51,503 nt of DNA. Source: Chiloscyllium plagiosum (taxonomy: Eukaryota). The position numbers were made by a program, and so were the translations under genes. The DNA lies in assembly GCF_004010195.1 (NCBI RefSeq), contig NC_057719.1, forward strand, positions 37,562,704 to 37,614,206, given 5' to 3'. The notes under the pieces are model-generated. The model saw only the letters and a list, made by a program, of their open reading frames with translations. It searched no databases and was not told where the DNA came from. Shown here piece by piece: positions 24,360 through 36,506 of the stretch (the first letter of the stretch is position 1; every line of letters starts with the position of its first letter).

Positions 24360-26170
24360 GCTGAGTGCCAGCTCAGAGATACCTCCTGCAATCGCCTCCT
24401 GACCCTGCCATTGAACAGCAAGCTATTGTGTCCCCAATGGTCTCTAGTCTCCTTTCAGCTGGTGACCATCCCTCCACTGCCTCCAAGCTCATACTCTCCC
24501 AGCTCCACACAGCTCGGTTCCACCTCCTTCCTAAAATCCACTAACAGGACTGCCTGGCTAGGCCCACTGTTACTGCCTGCTCCTGCCCCATCAAACTCAT
24601 CTCTTCCTACATTGACTCGATTTTTTTTCTCTCCTTGTTCAGTCCCTTCCCACTTACACTCATGATTTTTCTCACATTCACGTCAGTTTCAGGATTTCCA
24701 CTTTGCGGGCACTAGCCACCTCCTCTTTACCATGGACGTACAATCCCTTCACACATCCATCCCCCACATCCTCTTCCCCCCAATCAGGATGGTCTCAGGG
24801 CACTCCACTTCTTCTTGGAAGAAAGGCCTGAACTGTTCACATCCACCACCACCCTCCTCCCCCTGGCTGAGCTCATCCTCACTCTGAACAACTTCTCTTT
24901 TAACTCCCTTCAGGTCAGAAGGGTGGCCATGGGTACCGCAAATTGGAAATCCTGAAACTGACGTGAATGTGAGAACAATCACGAGTGTAAGTGGGAAGGG
25001 ACTGAACAAGGGGAGAAAAGAATTGAGGAGAAAGTGAGGACTGCAGATGCTGGAGATCAGAGCTGAAAATGTGTTGCTGGAAAAGTGCAGCAGGTCAGGC
25101 AGCATCCAGGGAACAGGAGAATCGACGTTTCGGGCATAAGCCCTTCTTCAGGAATGAAGAAAGTTTGTCCAGCAGGCTAAGATAAAAGGTAGGTAGGGAG
25201 AAAAGAATTGAGTCAATGTAGGAAGAGATGAGTTTGATGGGGCAGGAGCAGAAGCAGGCATGGGCCCTAGTTATGTCTTTCTCTTTGTAGGGTACGTGGA
25301 ACATTCCTCGCTCCAGTCCCATTCCGGCCCAGACTCACAACTCTTTCTCTGGTACAATAATGATATCATTGGTGCTGCTTCTGTCTCTCAATCAGAATCG
25401 GAAAAATTTATCAATTTCACTTCTCATTTCCACCCAGCTCTCACTTTCACTTCCAACTGTTCCCTTCCCTTCCTCAACATCTGTTTCCATTTCTGGGAAA
25501 AGGCTGGGAACCAATATCCAGTAGAAACCCACTGGCTCCCACAGTTATCTGGACTATTTATCTTCATACTCTGCTTCCTGTAAAGACTCCATTCCATTTT
25601 CCCAGTTTTTCCATCTCCATCACGTCTGTTCAGATAATATCACCTTTCACAGGAGAGGCCACCAAAATTTTCCTCAACCAAGAAGACCTCACCACCGTGG
25701 TTGACAGGGCTCTCAGCTGTCTTTGGCATTAACCGCCATTTCTGCCACCTCCAGTGGGATGCCACTAACAGGCATATATTCCCCTTCTCTCCCTTGTCCA
25801 CCTTCCGCAGGGACTGTTCCCTTTAGAACACCCTGGTCCACTCCTCCTCCACTCCATGACCTCCACATACCCTCATGGCACCTTCCCATACAATCGCAGA
25901 AGGTGTAACACTTGCCCATTTATCTCCTCCGTTTTACTATCCAAGGCCACAAAACACCTTCCAGGTAAAGCAACATTTTATCTGCACTTCTCACAATCTA
26001 GTCTACTGCATTTGCTGCTCACAGCGCAAGACATTTTCCAGTGGTCCACCACTGCCCAGTTCATCTGTGCTTTTTCCCAAACTAGCAAACTAACCGACAG
26101 ACCGTTACACTTTGCCAAAAGCTTGTCAGCAGCCATTACAGACTGTATTGAGCAAACATGTGACCATTGA
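24360..26170 (+). pseudogene. Decayed Penelope-like retroelement ORF (RT plus Cys-linker/GIY-YIG endonuclease; Neptune-like)
   Basis: Frameshifted motifs FHLLPKIH..GRP..ACSCPIKLISSYIDS, LLFTMDVQSL, GVAMGT/MGPSY, FLWYNND (YxDD-like) and RRCNTCP..FQVKQHFICTSHNLVYCICC. Confidence 0.85.
25028..25195 (-). mobile_element. Short Penelope-derived repeat (family A) with an intact hammerhead core
   Basis: 17-bp TSD gggagaaaagaattgag at 25011-25027 and 25196-25212. The core is on the minus strand at ~25124-25151. Confidence 0.9.
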
Positions 26171-26249
26171 TCTCCGGCCTGTTTTCATTTACAAGAGGTC
26201 AGTGTGTGAGAGAATCTCTGTACTGCAAGTTACAAAGTGGTGTGCAGTT

Positions 26250-26462
26250 AGAATCGTAGAATGATAGAATCTCTACAGTTTGGAAGCAGGCCATTTGGCC
26301 CATCAACACACTGACCCTCCAAAGATCATCCCACTCAGATCCAGACCCCCCTACCCTATCCCAGTAACCCAGCACATCCCATGGCTAATACACCTGACCT
26401 ACGTATCCCTGCATTAGTATTGCAGAATCTCTACAGTGTGGAAGGAGGCCATTTGGCCCATT
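26250..26462 (-). mobile_element. Old HE1-like SINE 3' fragment plus a second short tail copy
   Basis: agaatctctacagt(t/g)tggaag..ggccatttggccca occurs at ~26266 and ~26424. Confidence 0.6.
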
Positions 26463-27750
26463 GGTTGAGTTTAAATATGGAGCTTCCAGACTAGAAAATC
26501 CCAGCAGCAGTGAGGAGGGGATTAAAGTGGCTGCTTACACAATTAATGTGTGGAGGAACAGAAGGTAGCTTAAGAAAAATCACTGTGAGCCATGAGAGGA
26601 TATCCACCTGAAAGTAACAGCCTATAAATGGGAAAATCCAATCCTTTGTTTCAAATATCAATTTATACGGAGGTACATAAGGTCTCCAGGCATCAGTGAC
26701 AGTGGGGGATCCAGATGTAAATCCTGCCATGAATACAACATTGCTTCTTCTGCAGCATTAGAATTGTTGGCACCTATTGATGAGAAAATGATGTTGAGCA
26801 ATGACATACACGACAGCACAGTACTGAGTCAGAATGGACAGCGACCATGTTAGACACCTATGCAATGTCACCAGAAACCTTGTTCATCAAGTATTGCATG
26901 AAGTAAACACAATATAAATAATAAATAAGTACACTTAGTTGCATAACCTGTTGTTATACTGAAAAAAGATTTAGTTATCTTGTGTCTATGGAATTGTATT
27001 ATATTGATGAGGCTCTCAGAAGTAAAATGGCTGTGCACCTCTAAACGACAATGCATCAATGGCCATGCTGCAAAGGGGCTTCAGTGGTTGCAATATGTTT
27101 TGGGGCATGGTGAGGTCATAAAATATGTTATGGAAGTACAAAGTATTTATTTTTCTTTAAGTGTACCAGTATACATTTATTGTACAACATACCGTCTAAC
27201 TATAATAATTTGGCATCACAGCTCTGCTCTAACATTCTGATTTGCTTCACAGTATAAACGCATGAACAAATACAGTATTCGCACTTTCCCCAGCAACACA
27301 TGGCTCCACAGACAGTCCCCGGCCAGACTCAGAAAAGTAATAAAATCATTTCAGAGCAGCACTGGCCAAAGGCAATTATTCTTCAATAATGGGAAGTGTT
27401 TATAGGCGAATCTGGAGTGATGAATACAATACAGATGGGGAATGAGACAAGTGTAGCCAGCGAAAAGGATTGCATATTTCACTTAATGCAATTTGGCAAG
27501 TGGCGTTTTTATATTTGTTTCTGTTGCTCTCCTTCTTCTATACTTTGTCAAACTGTATATTGAAGAATTGAAATGTAATTGTCGGTTAGTGGGACAGCAC
27601 TGCTGCATGAAGACACACTTTATCGAAACCTCTTGTCTTGTACTCTTCAGGACCGTTTGTGAGAAATATCAATGTCAAGGTTTTTAAATCTAATTTTACA
27701 TTAATTTACATTCACATATATATTTTGTGAAACAGTTGTACCTGGACTGT

Positions 27751-28330
27751 GGGCAGAATCTCCTCTTTTTATTTAGTGTTTTGAGTGAGATTCATGCCAT
27801 TTACTCACCATAGCTCGGTGACGTTTCTCACACAACCCTTCATCCTTACATGACGAGGTGACTTTCTTGAGGAATTGCTCAGCCAGAGAGCTGGAAGTGC
27901 TTATCACTGCTGGGACCTTCTTGCTTTCATGTCTCCTACAGCATATTTTAAACTGAGCTGCACTCTACTTCAGAATCTGCAAACCAGGATCTGTGATGTT
28001 TTAGCATCAAACACATGGTCCAGCAGAAAATAAAGATCACTCCTCACCTCAAAGACAGGGACCTGAAGATGTTGGTGTACAGGGTAGTGGTGAGGACAGC
28101 AATCATTTCTTTCTCCAGCCAACCATCACAGGGAGCCGTAACCTTCCCATGTGACAGGGAATCCCAAGCAGAAAGATCATGGTCTCTGCACTCGAAGAGG
28201 TGAAATCTGCCATCATCACTCTAACACTGCCACTGCAAGCTCGCAATCTACAACTCACACTATTGCGCACATTGTGGCCCGTTACTGGCTCTCACACACC
28301 TCATTCCCCTAACACTACCTGACCTCTACA
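27751..28330 (+). mobile_element. Harbinger-like element remnant with a Myb/SANT-like N-terminus
   Basis: Begins with the TIR-like gggcagaatct. ORF 28015 MVQQKIKITPHLKDRDLKMLVYRVVVRTAIISF resembles the (A)PRFSD.DLE.LV..V..RR..LF start of Myb/SANT-like domains. Confidence 0.45.
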
Positions 28331-29411
28331 CTCCTTTCCACTCATTAAGAACATCTTATAAGGAGCCACTCCTGATTCTGCATGACTGTTAACAGTTCTT
28401 CCATTCACTTCTACCAATCATCCCTTCCATTCAATTCCATCAATCCCCCTTATATTTCATTGCAAGCAATATTGGTAAATCCCTAGGCTGGTTACACTTG
28501 ATCTTTAGGAACAAGTGGCCCAATCCCAAGATGGGAACAACACTGGTCCTCAGATTATAGTAGGACCGTAGAAAAGAGTGAGAGACTCATTGAGTCTTAA
28601 ACTTGAAAGCTGCTGCATTGAACAAAACATGATCTTTATGGAATACAGGCAGCATCACGTCTTATGAAAAAAATTAAGAATACTTTTCTTCGTCTTTGCC
28701 ACAGACCCTAGAATGCATCTGTTAAAAAAGTAAGAAGCACAAAAGACCTTCAATTTTCCTCAGTCATCAGGACAGGAGAACTTAACTGAAATGGGCAACA
28801 GAAAACCATAGAATTATCTCAGTTAACTGGGTTATTACATTTATTGTACAGCAGTAGTTTGATTTGACATTTGTATAAACATAGCTGTGCAAAATATTGT
28901 TCTCACTGCACATGCTGCTGTGTGTGACTCCTGAACTAACAACAGAGAGAGTCTATTGTATTATTTTGCTGGCATGCAGAACAATCATCACTACACCATC
29001 TGCTATAATGAAGACATTGTCTGCTGACAATCCCTCAGTTACTGTTGTAACAGGCAGTGACACCAAGGAACAGAGACAGCAGATATTAACTACTGTTTGT
29101 TTTATTACTGCCTTGATTACCATTCTGTTCTCATTGTAACCCTCATTTTAGTTTTATATTCCACATATATCCATCCATCAAATTTTTTATACTTCCTACT
29201 GCATGAACATTTATTGGTTAAATTATATTACTTTTTTGAACAAAGCCTCTAGTCTGATAATTAATTAAACACCATCACATTGATTTAAATCTTGTTGAGC
29301 TTATTAAATAGAGTAGGTCTGCATTTATATTTTCCATACTGATGTACACACTACAATGGCTAAGAGCAACTTTGATTGATCTCTTTAATCCACAATAGTA
29401 ATTATGTTGGA

Positions 29412-29487
29412 CTAAGGAGCGTCGCTCCGAAAGCTAGTGTGCTTCCAATTAAACCTGTTGGACTATAACCTGGTGTTGTGTGATTTT
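29412..29487 (+). mobile_element. 76-bp Penelope-derived insertion (family B), hammerhead 5' box truncated
   Basis: 13-bp TSD taattatgttgga at 29399-29411 and 29488-29500. Contains ggagc-gtc-gctcc-gaaa-gct-a. Confidence 0.85.
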
Positions 29488-30242
29488 TAATTATGTTGGA
29501 GTCACTTTTCTGGCCCCTGATTGCCATCTTGAAAATCACATCATATCAAATGTACTTGTGCTTGAGGAAACTTCCTCCATTATGTGAAAACAACAAGAAT
29601 GGCTACAGAGAACAAGGCACATATTAATAGTAATCCTAATTCCTAAGACCAATCATAAAATTAGAGAATGATTACAACACAGAACAAGGATGTTGATCAG
29701 TTGTATCCTTTAGGATTTGCTGCAGAAGCAACTCAGTCCCGTTCCCTGTCCTCGACTTGTAATTTCTTTTTCTTCTCATCCAATTCCCTTTGTTCCTTTG
29801 TCATATATTGCCCCAATGCCCCATTCACTTCTGTTTTTATAATTGTATTTGGGCTCTCATTCTTCTAATTGTAAGCTAATTTCTTGTAGTTAAAAGCTAT
29901 TTTCTAACCAACTAAATTTTATTACATACCTCTGGTACATGTGGGACTTGAACCCGGCTCTCTTGGCTCAGAGGGGTCTTGTTAATCTTCTCTGTATCAT
30001 TCTAATTTTAGTTTATGTACTGCTGAAACAAGCTGCCTTAACAGGATTTCCCTCCCAAACTCCATGAGCTTCTTCAACTGTCCTCCCTTCATTTATTCAC
30101 CACTACATACTGTACCAGCAACAGCTGCACCTTCAGTTGCCCAGAGGCAAACTGCCAACTGTGGTCCGGCCAGTAGCTCATTTGTTTCTGAGTCAGAATG
30201 TTGTGGGTTCAATCTCTACTCTGAACTCCTCAGTGCACAATG

Positions 30243-30440
30243 CATAGTCATACAGCATGGTAAAAGACCTTTCAGTCCACCTAGTCCATGCTGACCATGT
30301 TCCCAAACTAAATTTGTCTCACCTGCCTGCATTTGGCCCATATCTTTCCAAACCTTTCCTATTCATGTCCTTATCCATATGTCTTTTAAAGATTGTAACT
30401 GTACCTGTATCTATCACTCCCTCTGGCAGTTCATTGTACC
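30243..30440 (-). mobile_element. CR1 3' tail fragment
   Basis: catagtcatacagcatgg..agaccttt..cctgcctgcatttggcccatatc, colinear with other CR1 3' ends in the window. Confidence 0.8.
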
Positions 30441-30482
30441 ATACTCTCCTGAGAATGAATGGTGAATCCATGCTGTTTACTT

Positions 30483-30717
30483 ACAGTGTGGCAAAAAGTC
30501 CACACCAACCCACAACCATTCCCCTACACGCAATTTAGCATGGCCAATTCACCTAACCCGCACATTTTTGGACTGTGGGAGGAAACCAGAGCACCCGGAG
30601 GAAAACCACGGGGAGAATGTGCAAACTCCACACAGACAGTCACCTGAGGCAGGAATTGAACCCAGGTCTCTGGCGCTGTGTGGTAGCAGTGCTAACCACT
30701 GAGTCACTGTGCTGCCC
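30483..30717 (-). mobile_element. HE1-type SINE (internally deleted)
   Basis: Reverse-complement match to 18429-18739. Confidence 0.9.
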
Positions 30718-30949
30718 ATACTCTCAGTGAAAAAAAAATGCAGGTTGGCTGCAAAGCAGTGCTGACAGCATGGGGCGGTTTCAGTGGTTCAATTTTTCAA
30801 ATGACACACTCAAACTGCTAAAGAGCAGGGGAGATATTCCTGGTCCCTTGTACATTGTTTACCGCTCAACCAACATCACTAAAGCAAATTATCTGGTCAT
30901 CAAAATGCTGGTGTCGAACCTTGCTGTGTACAAATTGTTTCCTTTTTAC

Positions 30950-31300
30950 GAGTCATTCACAGAATGCCAATGGCTAGACCAACATTTATTGTCCAACTTC
31001 AATTGCTCCTGAGAAGGCACTGGGGAACTGCCTTCTTGAACTGCTGCAGTCTATGTGGTGTAGGGATCCCGAGAATCTATTAGGAAGGGGCTTTTAGGAT
31101 TTTGACCCAGACACAGTGAAGAAATAGCTGTATGGATTCCAGTCAGGATGGTGTGTGACTTGGCAATGGTGTTGCATGTATCGGGTGCCCTTGTCCTTTT
31201 AGGTGATAGGGGTGATATGTTTGGAAGGTGTTGCCGAAAGAGTTGCTGCAGCACATTTTGTAGACAGTACACACTGTTACCACCATGCATTCCAAATTGA
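30950..31300 (-). mobile_element. LINE 3' fragment (CR1/L2-like, sharing its tail with the 354-698 SINE)
   Basis: catttattgtcc..ctgccttcttgaactgctgcagtc..ttccagtcaggatggtgtgtgacttgg, paralleled at 31760-31885 and 32526-32650. Confidence 0.65.
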
Positions 31301-31759
31301 GAGACTGTACTTTCAAAAAGTGCTTTGTGGTAGTTTGTGATCATTAAAATGCAAGGCTTTCCTTCAGCCCATAGTCTGGAACTCCCTCCCAATTCTGCCA
31401 TCTCTCATCCAAACTTTAAGACCCTCCTGAAAAAGCTACCTCTTTAACAAGACCTTTGGTTAGATCTTGCTTATTAACACCATAGCACACAAAAAGCTAG
31501 AAAAATAAATTGCTCCAGGACTTCTGAATGTGTATGAATCTGAAGCACTAATTCTTAGCTTGCTTCTTCTCCAAAACTACTCTTGTTTGTTTCCCATGTT
31601 AACCTGATGGTGCCTGCATTTATAGAAGTGCTGATGCATTATTTCATATGCAGGTTTTACACTGGCACTAGTTCAGTGGACAGGCTGTAGAGCTTTTCAA
31701 AGTTATTCAAATAATTTATGCTGATGGCTTTTTAAAAGTGTGTTTGTAACTATAACTTT

Positions 31760-33340
31760 TTTTTATTTGCTCATGGAATGGGCTCGAGCTAGCATTCATT
31801 GCTCATCCTTACTTAGTGCATGGGAGGTGGTAGTGAGCTGTCAGCTGGAACTGCTGCTGCCTGTGGATTGTAAATACACCTACTGGGTGTCACAAAGCTG
31901 GTCCCTTTTTTCTAAAAGCTGGTCCTTTTCTCAAGGATACTGTGTCTTTGATTTTTTTCAGAGGGGTCATAAACAGTTCCCAGCTCCGAGGTGACTAGTT
32001 TGGTACAGGGATGTAAAAGGATTTTGAGAGGCCTTTTGTTTATATGTAAACAGATGAGACTTCAGGCCAAAGTGGTCACGTTTTAGATGGGACCTGTATA
32101 ATGAAAGGGGAGTGCTCAGCTCTCTAGCTGAGCAGTTCAGTCCAGGACTGGTTAGAGGTTCAACAGTGGTCTGTGCAAAGGCCCTCTCTCCTCCTGCCCT
32201 TCTAACTTCAACCTGTAACCATTTGTTCCATTTTTACTGGTTTTACTTTGAAATGGGTTTGCTTATACACTGTTATGTATATTTAGAGCAGCATAATTAA
32301 GTCCAGTTTGGATAGACTGAGTTTTGTAGGGGTTCTTTATTCTGTTCTTTGTGTTTCGTTGTGTAATTTTGTGAATAAATTTTAGTGAGTTTTAAAACCT
32401 GCGAGTCAACCTAGCTAACTTACTCTGGGTAATTTTCACTGTACACGTACCGAAACAAATTGAAAAGTTATGGTCTGGGTTGCCTGCTTTAGAATGTTTT
32501 GAGTGGTCTGGCCAAGTCCATAACAATAGCTATCAGGATGAAGTTCTAGGATTTTGATCCAGAGACAATAATGGATAGTGATAAAGGTCCCAGTCAGGAT
32601 GGTGTGTGACTTACAGAAAACGCATCTTCTGCCCTTGTCCTTTCTACTAAGTAGCAGATGATGTTGTCGGATTGGAAAGTGCTGTTTCTGGAACCTTAGT
32701 GCTATACACTACTGTCATTGTGCATCCATGGTGAATGGAATGAATGTTGAAGGTGGGGAATGTGATGACAATCAAGTGGTTGCTCTGTCCTGGATGATGT
32801 TGAGGTACACTCACCCAGGTAAATGGAGAATATTCTGACATATTTCTGACATAAACCTTGTAAATAGTCAACAGGTTTTGGGAGATGTGGGGTGAGTTAT
32901 TCTCTGCAAGATTCCTAGTTTCTATTCTGCTCTTGCAACCATAGTAATTAAATGGCTAGTCCAGTTAAGTTTCTGGCCAATGGTAACCCTCAGGATGTTG
33001 ATAGTGAGGGAATAAACAATGAAGATGGTCAGTTCTGCCCTACGGTCCTCCTACAGGGATGTCCTGTGGCTGAGATAATTGACCACCAAAAAACATGGGC
33101 ATCTTTCTTTGTTCCAGTTATGATTCCAATGAGTAAAGAAAATTCACTCTGATTCCCATTGACTCCAGTTTTTTTCAGACTTCCTAATGCCAGGCTCAGT
33201 TACCTTGATGTCAAAGTCAATCACCTTAGTTCTCTCATTTAGCTCCTTTGTCCATGATTGAACCATAGCTGTAATAAGGTCAGGAGACTAAAGGCTCTGG
33301 CAAAAACAAAACTGAGCATTAATGAACAGGTTATTCTTTT
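31760..33340 (-). mobile_element. Decayed LINE of the same family, split by the LTR-like insertion at 31888-32525
   Basis: The minus-strand ORF 32647..32871 TIYKVYVRNMSEYSPFTW resembles LY.A.VRS.LEY of CR1/L2 ORF2. ccttgatgtcaa (~33205) reads LDIK on the minus strand. Confidence 0.65.
31888..32525 (+). mobile_element. LTR-like insertion (possible solo LTR, 638 bp)
   Basis: TGTCAC...ATAACA ends and AATAAA at ~32374. It cleanly interrupts a LINE fragment. No clear TSD. Confidence 0.55.
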
Positions 33341-33490
33341 GAAAGTATTAAACAACAGAGGTTTGATGCTGGTGAAACAGAATCCAAGCATTTACTTTTC
33401 AAGTTTTATTTCTAGTTATATTTCACAAACTCCAACAATACTGATTACTTGCTCCCCCTATATGTTGTGACATGGACTGTGTGATCCATA

Positions 33491-33499
<9 letters not shown>

Positions 33500-33535
<36 letters not shown>
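33500..33535. repeat. (TA)n microsatellite
   Basis: Direct read of the sequence. Confidence 0.97.
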
Positions 33536-33539
<4 letters not shown>

Positions 33540-34100
33540 GTAATTTGTCTTAAGTTTGGGTTTTGAAGTAGTGACATATGGGTTTACAGTGTACCTGAAG
33601 GAGATGATAATTATTTTGTGTGTGTTTCTGTAGCCATGGTGATTTTTAAAAAAGTGTGTGATGGCGACTTTTCAGAATTAGTGGGATGTACTTACTTTAG
33701 GAACATTTTATGGTCTAGAAAGATAAACAATTATACTTCAAGGTTTCTGTTAGAAATATCTGGACCTTGTTTTAGCTTAGAAGAGACCATTTTTAGTTTT
33801 CTTTCAGTTGTTGAGGTTTTTATGGGTAAAGTTGCTCCTGAGAAATAGAGAAGATTGTTAGATTTGTTAACACTAGAGTAAAGAGTTAGGAATGGTTCCA
33901 GACCAGAAGTTTGCAAAACCCAAAGATGTTATTTGAAGCTAATTAAATGTAATCACAAATAGATAATAACTGCGGGAAGAAGCTGTCAGATCTTTCAGAG
34001 TCGAAATTGAACTCAAAGTAAACCCATCAAGATGTTGGAGAAAGGGATTTTCTGTTCTGAGTACTGTACAAGGGATGCTTTTGGATACTGTTTAGGCATC

Positions 34101-34413
34101 TAGATTAGATTACTTACAATGTGGAAACAGGCCCTTTGGCCCAGCAAGTCCACACCGACCTGCCAAAGCGCAACCCACCCAGACCCATTCCCCTACATTT
34201 ACCCCTTCACCTAACGCTACGGGCAATTTAGCATGGCCAATTCACCTGACCTGCACATTTTTTTTTGGACTGTGGGAGGAAACCGGAGCACCCGGAGGAA
34301 ACCCACGCAGACACGGGGAGAATGTGCAAACTCCACACAATCAGTCGCCTGAGGCAGGAATTGAACCCGGGTCTCTGGCGCTGTGAGGCAGCAGTGCTAA
34401 CCACTGTGCCACC
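34101..34413 (-). mobile_element. HE1-type SINE
   Basis: tagattagattacttaca...ggcagcagtgctaaccactgtgccacc, a near-complete reverse copy. Confidence 0.95.
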
Positions 34414-35232
34414 CTTTTCAAATTAAGGTAATAACCTTTCACCATCTGTTTCAAAATCTTTATGTCTGAACAATAAGGAAACAGCCTGGTTTATTTTATC
34501 TCCATTTCACTTTCTTATGAAACTTCAGTTTTATTATTAAAAGCAAACCTGCAACATTCCATGCTTATGTTTCAGTGAGATACTTCTTAGTTCAATAAAA
34601 ACAAAACAAAGTATGATCTATCAAGCCAGATTTCAGTCTGGTATCTGACCTTTCAGTGATAACATCAACAGGGATCATAGAATTATATACCCAGTCAAGT
34701 GCTCACTCAATGATCCCTGATTCCATTTGTTTTTGAGCATCCCTGCCTGAACCTACTGGATAATAACACAAATGTCAATCTTCTATGCAATAGCACATAG
34801 AAGGTACCATGAAAAATATGTGACCTGATAACCAGACCAAGAGAATCATTAAGTTATGAGTAAGTAAGAAACTTCCCATTATTTATACAGCTTATGTCCT
34901 GTCATAAAATCTCTGAATTTACAATATTGTTTTAGATCTGAATCCTGAATGTCCTTAAGGTCTGAGGAGCCCTCCTCATACTAAATACACGGAATGGAAC
35001 ATTGAGTGTTACCTGCAAAACATTGGATCTCTGTTCAGAAGCAGATCTGAAGAGGATTCCTTCAGAGACTAGAGACTGGTATTAGTCTATCTGTCCCATA
35101 GAAACCAATGATGTCTGGAAGAAAGTAGAAACCATAGAATAGTAGATTCAGAATATGGGGAAATGAGATAAATTGTGATGATGTAATGGAACACCTGACT
35201 CTCACTCAGTGAGAGACAGCACACCAGACTAA

Positions 35233-35432
35233 GGGAAAAAGTGACGACTGCAGATGCTGGAGATCAGAGCTGAAAATGTGTTACTGGAAAAGCGCAGCAG
35301 GTCAGGCAGCATCCAAGGAGCAGGAGAATCAACGTTTCGGGCATGAGCCCTTCTTCAGGAATGCCCGAAACATCGATTCTCCTGCTCCTTGGATGCTGCC
35401 TGACCTGCTGCGCTTTTCCAGCAACAATTGTT
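35233..35432 (-). mobile_element. Fold-back Penelope-derived repeat (family A) with a hammerhead core
   Basis: 16-bp TSD cagcacaccagactaa at 35217-35232 and 35433-35448. Inverted arms at 35281-35344 and 35361-35424. Confidence 0.9.
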
Positions 35433-36194
35433 CAGCACACCAGACTAAAACAAACTTGTAAGATCTTAGGCACTTCACTAGAGAGCTGTTTTGAGAACAC
35501 ACAATGTATAAAGATAAATAAAGGAGTGTTTCCATATTTAAAAAGTTGAAGAGCCTTATTGTATGATATTGATAATGAGCAGGGACAGTGTATATGCAGG
35601 CACTCACAGTTCATGATACTCCAGACCAGTACATCAAAGTGCAGGTGTCAGTGTTAATGTAAGGCACAAGATAATGCACGTGGTTCCTGTTGCCATGTTT
35701 CACAACAGACTAGATTAAGGAAAAACATGAATTTTAGATCCACAGAAACAAATGTGATTTACCAGAATGTAATGACCTGGACAACATAAGTGATTGCAGA
35801 CAGTATCAATGGAAGTGGCTCAGTTAGAAAGAAGGCACTTCAACTCTCATTTACAAATATCAGCCACATCATCTAATTATGCGCCGACCTCTCCCAATTC
35901 AATGTGTGACATTAACCTCAGCATCATATTTTGGATAATATCTCTGAGATTGTTTTGAAAACAACTGGATATTATTTGCATAACAGTCCACACAAATTAA
36001 TCATGAGACTCAATTTTCTGTCAAATTGTACCCAAATGAGGATTTGGTGAGGGGGCTATGAAAGCTCAGAAATTTCCTTTTGCTGTGATTTGCTTGGGGT
36101 GCCAAGTTAGAATCAGACTGCTGACTGTGTCTGATCATCAACAAACCTGCAAATTTCACATTAGAATGGATGTTAATTTGTTTTTCTCTTATGT

Positions 36195-36506
36195 GGGGCG
36201 GCACAGTGGCTCAGTAGTTAGCATTGCTGCCTCACAGCACCAGGGTCCCAGCTTTGACTCCAGCCTCGGGCGACTGTCTGTGTGGAGTTTGCACATTCTC
36301 CCTGTGTCTGCGTGGGTTTCCTCCGGGTGCTCCGGTTTTTGATACAGTCCAAAGATGTGCAGGTCAGGTGAATTGGCCATGCTAAATTGCCCATAGTGTT
36401 AGGTGCAGAGGGAAATGGGTCTGGGTGGGTTACTCTTTGGAGGGTCACTGTGGACTGGTTGGGCTGAAGGGCCTGTTTCCACACTGTAGGGAATCTAATC
36501 TAATCT
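36195..36506 (+). mobile_element. HE1-type SINE
   Basis: ggggcggcacagtggctcagtagttagc...gggcctgtttccacactgtagggaatctaatctaatct. Confidence 0.93.

Larger units (their letters stand above)
30165..31335 (+). mobile_element. Ancient DeuSINE-like element fragmented by later insertions
   Basis: Head tctgagtcagaatgttgtgggttcaatc (~30187). Deu-domain-like aagagcaggggag..ctcaaccaacatcactaaagcaaattatctggtcat..cttgctgtgtacaaattg (30820-30940). Tail ~31300-31335. Confidence 0.55.
33466..34680 (+). mobile_element. Degenerate LTR-like segment hosting (TA)n and an HE1 SINE
   Basis: Starts tgtgac, has ATTAAA/AATAAA near the 3' end, and ends gggatcata. Boundaries are uncertain. Confidence 0.25.
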
